Positions 24,467 to 34,908 of a DNA stretch of 41,421 nt are shown piece after piece. The notes under the pieces are model-generated. The model made no database searches. It saw only the letters and a list, made by a program, of their open reading frames with translations, and was not told the DNA's origin. Numbering within the stretch: the first letter of the stretch is position 1; each line of letters begins with the position of its first letter. The stretch spans positions 1 through 41,421 of the forward strand of contig JYFJ02003481.1 of the NCBI GenBank assembly GCA_000934665.2, in the 5' to 3' direction. This stretch comes from Catajapyx aquilonaris. Its lineage: Eukaryota. A program made the position numbers and the translations under genes.

Positions 24467-25041
24467 GGTCGATGTGTAGCATCCCGGGTAATACGGCTAA
24501 ACTGCGACTGCGACTGGAAATAGCCGTTATTAACTGCTACTTTCGGCCCCGCTGCTACTTTGGCCGCCATTTTGGGTCGTGTACCACCTATGGAGACTAA
24601 TTAATTAATTAATTAATTAATCGGGAAATCCGCTCGGTACTATCTGTTGGAAAGGAGTGCCCCTTTCCGTTTATTCCAATATCGACACTTAATTGCAATT
24701 ACCCATCCCAGGCGGAACCGCTTCACGTCCTCGTCAATGCTCGTCGTTGGTGACGTCGATCGACGGAATGACGCCACCCAGAGACGGATCCCTCGATTCT
24801 CCAACAGGGTTGAAAGTTACATAATTTAATTGCCATTAATTAACACAGGGTGGATTTAATTCCGACCCCCCACCCCCATGCCCGGCTTGGGTTACTCCAA
24901 GAGCCTCACGTCCTCCGGACCCAAAATGGCGGCTAAAGTAGCTGCGGGGCCGAAAGTAGCAGGTAATAACGGCTATAATAGCGGCTATTTCCAGTCGCAG
25001 TCGCAGTTTAGCCGTATTACCCGGGATGCTACACATCGACC
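24467..25041. mobile_element. MITE with ~110-bp TIRs (Mutator-like), present only in copy 1
   Basis: ggtcgatgtgtagcatcccgggtaatacggctaaactgcgactgcgac.. is mirrored at 24918-25041. Absent at the homologous site (~8165) of copy 2. The putative TSD is degenerate. Confidence 0.75.
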
Positions 25042-25048
25042 GCTAGGT

Positions 25049-25310
25049 CAGTGACGTAGCCAGGAATCCAGTTCGGGGTCGGGGAGGTCGGCCGCAGGCG
25101 AAATTTTTTTAGGTTCAAGGTCACACGAGCTTAGGTGAATATGGGAGATTTGAATGGGTGTGTATTAGATGAAATTGGTAGCACTTCCCCCCCCCCCCCC
25201 CNNNNNCCCCCCCCCCCCCCAAAAAAAAATCATGAATAAGTAATTTCCTTGACATGATTTTTTTGTAATCCACAAGATTTCTGGGGGGGGGGGGGCTGGC
25301 TACGTCGTTG
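25049..25310. mobile_element. hAT-like MITE (homologue of 7948-8164)
   Basis: cagtgacgtagccag ... ctggctacgtcgttg, followed by gctagcgg. Confidence 0.75.
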
Positions 25311-26040
25311 GCTAGCGGTATGCAGGACGCAGGAGGGGGGGGGGAAGGGAGGGGGTGAGGAGATGAGAACGTGGGGAAGGCAGGAGGAGCACCAGCATAA
25401 CTGGAAATTCAAAGTAAAAAGTAATCCGTGGTAAAAATGCCGCATCTGGTCAGCAGCAGCAGACTTCGTGAATATATTTTTTTTTTGAGCATTTAGACTC
25501 AAAAAAGTGCCGTTTTAAGATTTATTCTGGTGTTTGTTTGACAAGATCTACCAGCATACCAAATTTCAGCATCCTAGGACCACTGGAAGTGCCGTATAAT
25601 TTTGATGATCAGTGAGTGAGTCAGTGAGTGTCATATTATGGCCGTTTCGGGAGTTTTTAGGATTTTTAAAGTCGGAAATGAAAAGATATATATGAACATG
25701 GAAGTAAGGGGGCATTATTTTTAATCGATTTTTATCTACCCAAATAAAATTTTTGAAGCCACCCATGTTCACCAGTGCGAAGATTCGAGGGGGTCAAAAT
25801 GACGCGAGTTGTGTCGGGTAAAGGTGGTCCGGCAGTGCGGCGAGAACTTAGCGGGGGCACTGCCGTGCCCCCTAATCATCTTGAAGACCGTCGCAAACAA
25901 CACATGCAATATGATGTCCAACTTCCTGACAGTCATATCGCATGTGAAAAATAAAAACACATGCGATATGACTGCCAGGAAGTTGGACATCAGGATGCCG
26001 ACCGGATACTTCCGAACAAAGTTCTGTCCCTTCTTGAACC

Positions 26041-26188
26041 CAAGGGGGTAACCACTGGGCTAAAAAGTGTACACTGGAGTACCTAATTCAAGGAGTACCA
26101 AGGAGTACCAAAGAGTAAAGTACCTAAGGAGTACCTGGGAGTACCACTTGCAGGTGTACACCGGAGTACCGAAGTGATTACCCCCTTG
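26041..26188. mobile_element. 148-bp MITE with 8-bp TSD (hAT- or P-like) inside gene C
   Basis: TIRs caagggggtaaccact / agtgattacccccttg; TSD cttgaacc at 26033-26040 and 26189-26196; internal ggagtacc repeats. Confidence 0.9.
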
Positions 26189-28582
26189 CTTGAACCTGTC
26201 CTTGTCCAGCCATGGAGGAGGTTGAGTAGTGTCGATCACAAGAGGTGCTTCGTATGAGGACTCCAACTGCTGCAAGGAGCAAACAACTGGAGGTGATTCA
26301 GGATTGTGCTTCTGGACCGACATCGTGAATAGGAGTGATTTTTTTGAGTCTCTGAATGTTCAACCAGCATGCGCTGTGACGCGTGCAGCTATAATAACCT
26401 GACTACCCAAGTTCAATTTCGCGTTATGGTTGCGTAATCTATACTTGTGCTTTTTCACCTAGATGCCATCCAGCCGGTTTGTTATAGCGTATTTCTCTTG
26501 CAGCAATAATAAGTTGTTATCGGGCAGGACGGGAAGCGACTTTATGTAACATTGGCACAGAAAGAGTTAGTTATGAAACCAGAACGCACTTGAACTTACG
26601 TAGGCTATGGAGTTATATCATTTACAGTCCGGTTTTTACAGAATGAAATCAGTTTGTATCAGGCGGGACTGGAATCCACTTTATGTAACATTAAAACAGA
26701 AAGAGTCGTTAGGACCTCTGGAGAAATTCTTATAACAATGTTTGAAATGTCTCAATATTTTAAGCTGCTTGTTGTTCACTAATAGTGACATTGCTCAGAA
26801 TTAATTATACTTCTCCACCCAATGAGGTAACCCTTGAAATGGGGCTATGCAATGGGAAGCCAATATTATTCACACACAACAAATGTATGTCAATTTTGGT
26901 GGACTATTATTTTGAAACCTTAAGTTAAATAATATTGCTTATCTTTTATCAGTTCAAAAAAAGTGGCAGAAAGATTTCAAAATACTTCTCACACCTTCTA
27001 TGTCGCCATTTTGTGAGTGGAAATATTCATTTTAATATGAATATTTTTAGTTGGAGTCACAGGCAAAAACTGAGTTTATCTTTTATATACAGAGCTCTAT
27101 GAGTTCCAAAAATTAGCGCAAAAAACAAAAAGTTATCGTAAAAATGTCCGTAAAATTCATAAAATGCGAGGTTATATTGTGAAGTATACGTAAATCTAGA
27201 CGTAAGTTAATATTTTCTTTCTTTATGAAGTTGGAAATAATTGCAAAAAAAAATATCTCCAAGGAGAGTTATATAAAATGTGCCATCATGACGCACTGAA
27301 ATATATTGACGAGCATGGGGAATTTTTACGGAGCATATATTAACTAAACTGGTTTAAGTTACATAAACATAGGAAGAGAAATAAAAATACATCCAGGTGA
27401 AAATAATTATTAATGGCAAGCATGTTGATTGCTTGCTTTTATACACGGCCATTGTTCGTATTTACCCCAAAATGATCACTAAAATTCATTCATTCATTCA
27501 TTCATTACATCACGGTACAATCCAAAATATGGAGTAGCCAGCGACGACTAGTATGTATACACCTAGCCGTCTCGTACGACCATATAATATCACTAAAATG
27601 AATTAAAATTATGTATTTATAGTCCCAATGACTGTGTTTTCATTGCATTACATAATTACGATGGTATCCTCAGAACTGCCTCAGAAACATTTTACGAATG
27701 CAGAATTTGGCATTTCGCCTTATCAACTTCTCAAATATCCTCGAAATATTGTTGCAGACACATCTGGATATGGAAGCAGGGATCCTGCACATACATGCCT
27801 GGCAGGGCCACAAGCAAGGCTGCCCCACTGTCACTACTTCCTCCATGGCGGTCTTGTCTCCGCACCGACACTCCGGGGAAATAACATCAGTAGGACAATC
27901 ACGAGGAAGACTGACTATGTGACAATGTGTCCATTGTCTGCTCACATTCTGGAATATTCCAGCAGCATGTCAGAGTTGACTTCGCCACCACCAGGATGAA
28001 AGAGGAAGGATATATGCATAAACGAGATGTGCTTTATGTAATAAAAAGATGATTTACGTTTAAAACAACATCTCTTTATTAAGCATACAGCAGAAATTTG
28101 TTTAAAACATGGAAAGCAAGAGTTTTACGCTTACCCAAGGACGATGTTATGCTTAGGTTTACGCTGATGCACAATTTACGCTTATACATTTATTTACGCA
28201 TACGACTTTACGCATAGCTTGGAATCTATGCGCAAAGTATGCGCAAAAGAGCTAAGAGTGTGTACCAAATACATGGTGTAATCCAACACAAGGTCCAGTG
28301 TACGCACTTACCCCGCCTCTTGGGGCAAGTGCGTACCCGCCCTGTGCTCCCCCTCTAAAACTACAAGCAGTGAAATCTGAGGATAGTGCGTACATCTCCA
28401 CGTATCGATCTCCCCGTTATTTCAAACTCCGCTAAAATATATGAAACTGTGTAAAAGTTATGAAAGTTTTTAAGTCTGAAACTTGCACCTTGCGAGATAA
28501 TTTTTTCCACTGTCTGCTTCGCTTACCATGCAATCACTGTAATTCACCTAACAATGCTCACCTCTGGTGCCCTATCTTGCTA

Positions 28583-28839
28583 TAATGCCCTATCTTGTTT
28601 AGGAGAGCTTATTTGGTTAGTTAAGGCCCATTCACACAGGCCGTCGACGGTTTTGGTCTTTGGTCTCGTCTACGCCGCGGACCAATCAGAACGGGCCCTC
28701 ACGTAAACAACGCGTCATGGTTACCGTGATGGCCCGCTCTGATTGGTCCAAAACCAAAACCAAAGCCAAAACCATCTACGGCCTGTGTGAATGGGCCTTA
28801 ACTAACCAAATAAGCTCTCCTAAACAAGATAGGGCATTA
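28583..28839. mobile_element. MITE (28625-28797, GGCCCATTCACACAGG TIRs, TTAA-flanked) at the centre of a perfect ~80-bp palindrome
   Basis: Outer arms taatgccctatcttgtttaggagagcttatttggttagttaa are exact reverse complements. A lone copy of the TIR occurs at ~38170-38198. Confidence 0.8.
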
Positions 28840-29446
28840 CATAGTCCGAGAGGACCTTTTCATACGATAACGTAATATCTACAAACGATGATTTCTCTGT
28901 GAGTCGAAATTGCAAAATTCAAATTTCTGTACAAGGTGCAAAGGAATGTATGTAGTAGAAAACCTGCGAGTATCGCAGTCTGAATAAAGGTTGAAATAAT
29001 CTGTATGATCATCTTCCAACTGAACTTAGTATATCGACTTTTTTTTCTACAGTACGTTCATAATGTGGTGAACCAAATGCATCAGGTGTTTGTAATGGGG
29101 ACAAAAATTTGCAGTTCTTCCTCTCGTAGTTAGTTAATCTCACTGACAAGTAATTAACCGCAGTATTACGTAACAGCGCGTTTATGGGGGGGGGGGGAAG
29201 TCTTCATATAGATCAATAAATAAAATGTTATCATATTCTTGCGACTCACTACCCCGATCCAAGGTGAAGAATGATGGACGATGTAATCCAATGTACCAGG
29301 GAAACTTTTAGTTATGCAAAGGTGACCTAGATCCGCCCTTGAAGAGAACTCATAATGACACTAACTTGTTCTACGTTGCATAACGGTTTAACATGAGCCC
29401 GTCGTGACGCAGGACCTAATTATGCAACAGCCTACTATTACATTAT

Positions 29447-30197
29447 ATCAAAAACTTTCCCTTCGGTAAAAAAAGAGAAGTAAGACCTCCGCGGCGGAAT
29501 AAAAGTACTGAAACAAGGCAGGCGCACGTAAGACCTTCACCAATTGATTTAAGCTGTACCATAGGTCTTACTCAAGCAATTTCCAATTCACTGCTCATGA
29601 AGTCTCCTTTCTGAAACAAATCTTTGGAATTTCTGTCGTACTACTAGTTACTTCTAACTTAGCAGTACCAGTGTAGTGCAATGGTACTGCTAAGTTAGCA
29701 GTATCTTAGCTCTTATTGGCAGTATTAGTTTTCCATGAGCCACTCCATATTAGTGTTTTATGAAATTAGGAACTTCAATATTAAGCACATTGAATTTGTA
29801 TGCGATTAGTGCGAATTATTGCCATGAAACATTAATGCAGAATCGGCTCACCCCTTTTAGATGCTGATTTTAACTCTAACGTTTAATTTTTCACATGTAA
29901 ACGTTAATTGGTGAATTTTGGAGGGTCTTTTTCGATTGGACCAAGTCTGTTAGGATGGGTTAAGTTTTTCCCCAATTTTTTTCTTTTCATAATAAAATTC
30001 TACCTAATGCTCTGAGTAGTTTTCTGCAGTCATTTTACGAGCCGTTCCGTACCGGACTTGAGAATTGCTTGAGTAAGACCTATGGTACAGCTTAAATCAA
30101 TTGGTGAAGGTCTTACGTGCGCCTGCCTTGTTTCAGTACTTTTATTCCGCCGCGGAGGTCTTACTTCTCTTTTTTTACCGAAGGGAAAGTTTTTGAT
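29447..30197. mobile_element. 751-bp element with ~135-bp apparently perfect TIRs
   Basis: atcaaaaactttcccttcggt...ctcaagcaatt (29447-29581) is the reverse complement of 30063-30197. Each arm carries gtaagacct three times. Confidence 0.85.
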
Positions 30198-30259
30198 CTA
30201 ATTTCAGTTCTTTTTTGACAGTACACATAACTTATGCTCTACAGTGTCTACACTGTAGA

Positions 30260-30402
30260 GCCCCCCCTCTCATTATCCCTATCCTGTCCCCTTGCACCGG
30301 AGGAAAGAAAAATAGTACGACAAAATCGATGGTGGTGTACTGTACCACCCCACAACAGGGCCTATGTAGGCCTATCACGGGGTAAAATAAATATAAAAAA
30401 AA
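30260..30402 (+). mobile_element. 5'-truncated SINE (3' part)
   Basis: cccttgcaccggag..ggtggt..ccacccc..cacggggta plus A-tail, as in the full-length SINEs. Confidence 0.7.
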
Positions 30403-30540
30403 TTACACCAACAACTTCCTTATCTGTATGCATACACGTACATTGAATGGGCGTGTAGTTTTCCGATGACGACAGTAATCTCGGCATGGAGTACCGGTAT
30501 ACAAGGGAGACAATTTCTGCTTGAAAACTAATCGGACAAG

Positions 30541-31638
30541 ATGGCACCCCAGTCACCCGAGGTTCAAGTGACCCAGGACGACCTCCGGGAATGGGGGTTG
30601 GCAACAACGACCCCAGCTCTGGAAACCCCGTCCCTTGACGACCCTCCTCCATCATGGGTGGACAAGGAGAAGTTCAAAAGAGGGCAAGAATTTGCCACCA
30701 GATACCTGGGAATCGTCACCCTGACTTGGCTCTTTGGCTCGGCCACTTCCTTCACCGTGGCTACCATCGAAAAAGTTCTCGGCTACAACGGATCTTTCAA
30801 GTCTGTTCCAAACTGCTATCGACGCATCCGAGTCACCAAAGACCACACTTTGGCCTGGTTGATGGGAGACCTGTGGGATCCATCTGACATGTCCTACAAG
30901 ATGATGGCCAGTCTCCAGAAGCTGCACAAAAGAGTGGGCATTGTGGCCAACCAGAGGAAAGAGGAAGTGGAGAGATTCACTGTGGACACCACCACTGAAC
31001 CCCAGGTCAGTAAACAATGCGTCGCATGGCCTCTTCTGCAGAAGGACTGGCTGTCACTCAAATCCAAGGGATGGAACCAGCCAGCCTTCCAGTATCCAGA
31101 TGCCACCATGTACATGAGCCAGTTCGACGCTGCTGCTGTCATCTTGGGTTTGGTAGCACCGACCGTGGGATATCCGGAGAAGCTTGGTCTCCACGACGCC
31201 ACCAGAGAAGACCTGGAGGGTTACCTGCACTTGTTTCGAGTCGTGGCCTACTATCTAGGGGTGGAGGACAAGTTCAACCCGTGCTCCGGAACCATCGAGG
31301 AATTCAGGGATTATGTGCGGAAGTATTTCAGCGGGATAGTTCTCCCCTCATTGCAGCATATGTCCAAGGAGAACGAATTCTTCTTCAGAATCCACATGGA
31401 GGCCCTGGGGACGAGAAGCAGGTTGATAAAACTATTGGCTCCGCCACCAGAAACAATTTTTCTTCTGGTTGGCTGGCTTTTTGATCTGGAAATGCCAATT
31501 TTTTACAGCTCGGTCAGCTGGTATGCTAAATTTCACTATTGGCTTTTCAACTTTCTTACCTCTGTGATTATGCGAATCTCTTTTGCCCGGACGATTGTTA
31601 ACTACTTTGCGGAAGTAATGTTTGTGAAGAATTTCTGA
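30541..31638 (+). CDS. Intact intronless MpaB/DUF2236 (Lcp-like) oxygenase-family protein, paralogue E, 365 aa
   Basis: Uninterrupted ORF. Motifs PPSWVDKEKFKRGQEF, R-x3-T...H, YMSQFD and LHLFRVVAYYLGVEDKFNPC; hydrophobic C-terminal helix. Confidence 0.88.
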   Translation: MAPQSPEVQVTQDDLREWGLATTTPALETPSLDDPPPSWVDKEKFKRGQEFATRYLGIVTLTWLFGSATSFTVATIEKVLGYNGSFKSVPNCYRRIRVTKDHTLAWLMGDLWDPSDMSYKMMASLQKLHKRVGIVANQRKEEVERFTVDTTTEPQVSKQCVAWPLLQKDWLSLKSKGWNQPAFQYPDATMYMSQFDAAAVILGLVAPTVGYPEKLGLHDATREDLEGYLHLFRVVAYYLGVEDKFNPCSGTIEEFRDYVRKYFSGIVLPSLQHMSKENEFFFRIHMEALGTRSRLIKLLAPPPETIFLLVGWLFDLEMPIFYSSVSWYAKFHYWLFNFLTSVIMRISFARTIVNYFAEVMFVKNF

Positions 31639-32747
31639 TTATTAAATTTTGGTTTCCATGAGCTACATAGCTAGGCATTCAATGTAGTGTAATTTACTCT
31701 ATTACTATGGTGTGCAACTCATTTGGCAATAAAGGAATCACTATACAATTTTATGAAGGGAAAAAGTGCGTGTTTTAATTCCAGCCACTGCCATCATTCT
31801 GCCCTTCACGGCACCTGATGTATGTAACAACTTACGTATAACATTATTCTGTCAGTAATCGGAGTCACAATGGTGCAGCTAGCAGCGAAAAGGCTCGGGC
31901 ATTTTAAGAAAGTCCTGAGGTGTGGAACGATGTCCCATGTCCCATGTCCAGCTATAAGCACGGGTGGTCACCCTGTATAATGCCTGTACAGTATGAGCTA
32001 TAACCATTGTGTCATGTATTGATCAATAAACATGCACTGAGGAACTCGCCTTGATTAACCCAACCCACTCCATACTGGAGAGCCCGGTGGGCATCGGAAC
32101 CTACCCTTACTCCCAAGTCCCAATCCTAACCCTTAAATCTTAATCCCAGTTAAATCCCTAAAATGACCTTCTGTCACAATTTGCAAAGGAATACTCCACA
32201 TCGAGAAATGTATAAATCATTCAATGCTACATGAATAGCGTCTATCAACGTTTCATAATGAGCAAGTTTTTCCTAGATCCAGGGTCATCTATAAACAGGT
32301 TTTACCCTGAAATAGCATATGACATAAACACATTTCTTGGACAATTTTACTGTATAGTATTGCAGTACAATGATGATATACTTGTAGACATTGCTGCTCT
32401 CTCGTCATAACAAGGCATCGACAATTATTGTAAACATACACTATATGTCTACCTTGGGTTTTCAGACTTCTATTTCTCGTCCTTGAATCCAGTGTTGCAC
32501 TCTAACGCGCATTCTGATTAAGCCTGAACTACAATCTCAACTGGACAAGTCTACTTCTAGCACAACATGAATTCAGGCTACTGCTGCTATCCCTCATGAC
32601 GTAATATTCCGATACCCAACCCTGTCCGTTAACTCCCTCTCACGAGATATCTAGAACGTGGTCGTTATTGCTAGGCTCTAAATCCCGGGTACAACCTTGC
32701 CCGGGTGATCTAACAATTCGCATTTGAATATACTGGTATTGTTGGGG

Positions 32748-32979
32748 CATGGTTCCAGTATACGCAAGACACTAGGCAGACAGGCACTGTCGCGCAAGAA
32801 AACACCACGAAACTCAACGCTACGTTTGATCAAGAGCTCTTGGTTTAATCAATCCAAAGGGTTATTGTGAGACATTACAGAAGATAAGGATGGCCATTAA
32901 TAAGGAACGTATCGGTATATTGCCGACAGACCCTCGGACAATGCCCGTCTGCCTACTGTCTTTACGTGCTGGAACCCTG
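32748..32979. mobile_element. Degenerate MITE with ~43-bp TIRs
   Basis: catggttccagtatacgcaagacactaggcagacaggcactgtc versus gacaatgcccgtctgcctactgtctttacgtgctggaaccctg. Confidence 0.55.
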
Positions 32980-33019
32980 CTGCAACAATTCAAGTGAGAA
33001 TTGTTTGATCACTTGTGAT

Positions 33020-33319
33020 TTGGAGCCTAGCGATTACTACCTGTCCATTGACAGAAAGAAATGGCTTGCAAAGCATAATGTTGACAATGAAGAAGAATTG
33101 CAATCCAGCGTTCAGGGGTCGCGGAAATAGCTTGCGGCAGACTTCTATGACATAGGCATACAAAATCGTGTGTAACTCAATGAAAAATGCCTCGATTTGG
33201 CTGGAAACTATTTTGAAAAAAGTATACAATTGTCTATTTCAGATGTGTAAATAAAAATGCTGGGGTGCATTGTGGTCTTTCTAATTAAAAAGTGGACCTT
33301 ACTTTCTGGATGCACCTCG
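33020..33319 (+). mobile_element. Mariner 3' remnant with right TIR
   Basis: KKWLAKH..NEEELQSSV...ADFYDIGIQN...EKCLDLAGNYFEK; ends ttactttctggatgcacctcg|TA. Confidence 0.75.
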
Positions 33320-34246
33320 TAATAATAGAAATATGTTATGTTTTCATTTTTTATCCAAATAATGATGGCAAGAAATTCGCATTAACAAAAAATGTATTTG
33401 AAATGTATTTACGAAAGTATTTAAATACTTTTGATGTATTTAGTATTTAGTATCTAATTACTTCCTTGTGCAGTATTTAGTATTTAGCATTTAATTACAT
33501 TTTTATGCAGTAGTTAGTATTTAGTATTTAATTACGTTCAAGTATTTAGTGCCCATCACTGTAGCCACCTAGTGTCGAATATCTGACTTTGGCCGCCAAA
33601 ATTAAATCCCTCGTTAAATTGCGGATTTTGCTGTTGAAGATAGGCGCTCATCTGATAAGTATTACTTTTTAAATCATATTTAGAGTGCGATTTTTGTCAA
33701 TGCAGTGCAGTGAATTTCTTGGGATTTGCAAGGAATATAAAGTGTAGGCCTATTAGGAAATGCAAAAAGATGCGTCTGTGCGGAAATCTTTGTTGCTGTA
33801 GACGTAGAGAACTGGTAATTTTATTTTCCTCTTCTGACAATAATTTCTTCCTTTAAATGGACATCCGATTTTTTTCCTAAATGGGTTGTCACTTCTGTTT
33901 AAGTGCCTATAATTATACATCCTTAAGGAAGTGTGCCTCATCAAGATCGTCCAAGGTATTTCCCTTATTACTATACATATAGGCCTACATATACTTATAC
34001 AGTCTAATAGCCTTACTCACAGGGAACCTCTCGAAGTGTCACTCGAACAGTCAGTTCAGTCAGTTAAGAAGAAGGACAGAGACAAGGACGACGCGACGTC
34101 CTGAATAATTTATCTGTGTCACTTCTGAAGAATGAAGCCTTCCTTGAAGTGACGTCAGTGGAACATTAATATATTTCTAACTGTACAAGCTGCTCACCCT
34201 ATATAGTCCTGACCTCATGTTTGTGATGTTAAGGCATCACCGACTT

Positions 34247-34831
34247 TGGGGAGAGAAAGGCAGCACAGCGGTCCACGGGGCACAGTGGTCCAAGGACCAG
34301 TGAGCACCTCTTTGTGGACGACCGTGCTACCTTCTGCCTCTGTACAGCACTTAATAGTTAATGTCATAGTAGCTTTATTTGCTAATGGTTTTGGCAGACA
34401 TTAGTATGAAATAAAGTTCATCGTGCGCCAAAGGATGTGGCAGGACAAGGTCTCATTTCTGGAGAGAGATGATGTTTCACTTTTGCCCGCAGGTTGCAGT
34501 AACAGAAGCCGTCCCTTTTTATTTATTTCCTATTTATTACATGTACGATAAGAAATAAAACATACTTCTTGTGTGAATTAGGGGTCCCAATCACTTCTGG
34601 ACCACTGCGCCTCTGGTATCGGGGCACAGTTGGTCCATTTGCATATAGGGCAGCTTCTAAAATATTTTTAGCCAAAGGGATGGCACTGCCTGTGAATTAT
34701 ATATGAGTCACTTATATCACCAATGAGTACCTCCACCATGCCGGAAAACATTGTGTGTGTATAGGTATAACAGGAACCCTTGTAAAAATTCAAATGTTCA
34801 CAAGTGGACCACTATGTGCCCCGATCTCCCT
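34247..34831. mobile_element. Degenerate TIR element (pogo-like MITE)
   Basis: ggggagag..gcacagcggtccac versus gtggaccactatgtgccccgatctccc; internal ggggcacagtggtcca repeats. Confidence 0.45.
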
Positions 34832-34908
34832 TATACAATATGATTATCAGCACATTTTACAAGTACAACTAATTATATTCGAGACAATCTATTCTTGGGA
34901 TTGTCTGT

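Larger units (their letters stand above)
22808..25875. mobile_element. Non-autonomous Helitron/Helentron-derived element, copy 1 (~3.07 kb including nested MITEs), inserted in gene C
   Basis: Termini TCCCACC...GGGGGCACtgccGTGCCCCCTAA. Removing it restores gtacacaa|tcatc (MIVY) exactly. Homologous to 7380-9385. Confidence 0.85.
21922..26323 (-). pseudogene. MpaB/DUF2236 oxygenase-like paralogue C, split by three insertions
   Basis: Reassembles as MSVQKHNPES..PPPWLDKDRFK [MITE] KGQNFVRKYPVGILMSNFLAVISHV [inverted duplication] LFATVFKMI [3-kb element] VYFRKYEG... It also has a TAA at 22548-22550 and a frameshift near 22170. Confidence 0.88.

Noticed and set aside
26080..26175. Short ggagtacc repeats resembling a CRISPR or regulatory array
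   Set aside because: The units are 8 bp with irregular tiny spacers, inside a TIR/TSD-bounded MITE in a eukaryotic context.
30541..31638. Bacterial contamination or recent horizontal transfer of an lcp-like gene
   Set aside because: It is embedded among eukaryotic TEs and IR genes, and paralogues have spliceosomal introns. Ancient transfer cannot be judged without a phylogeny.
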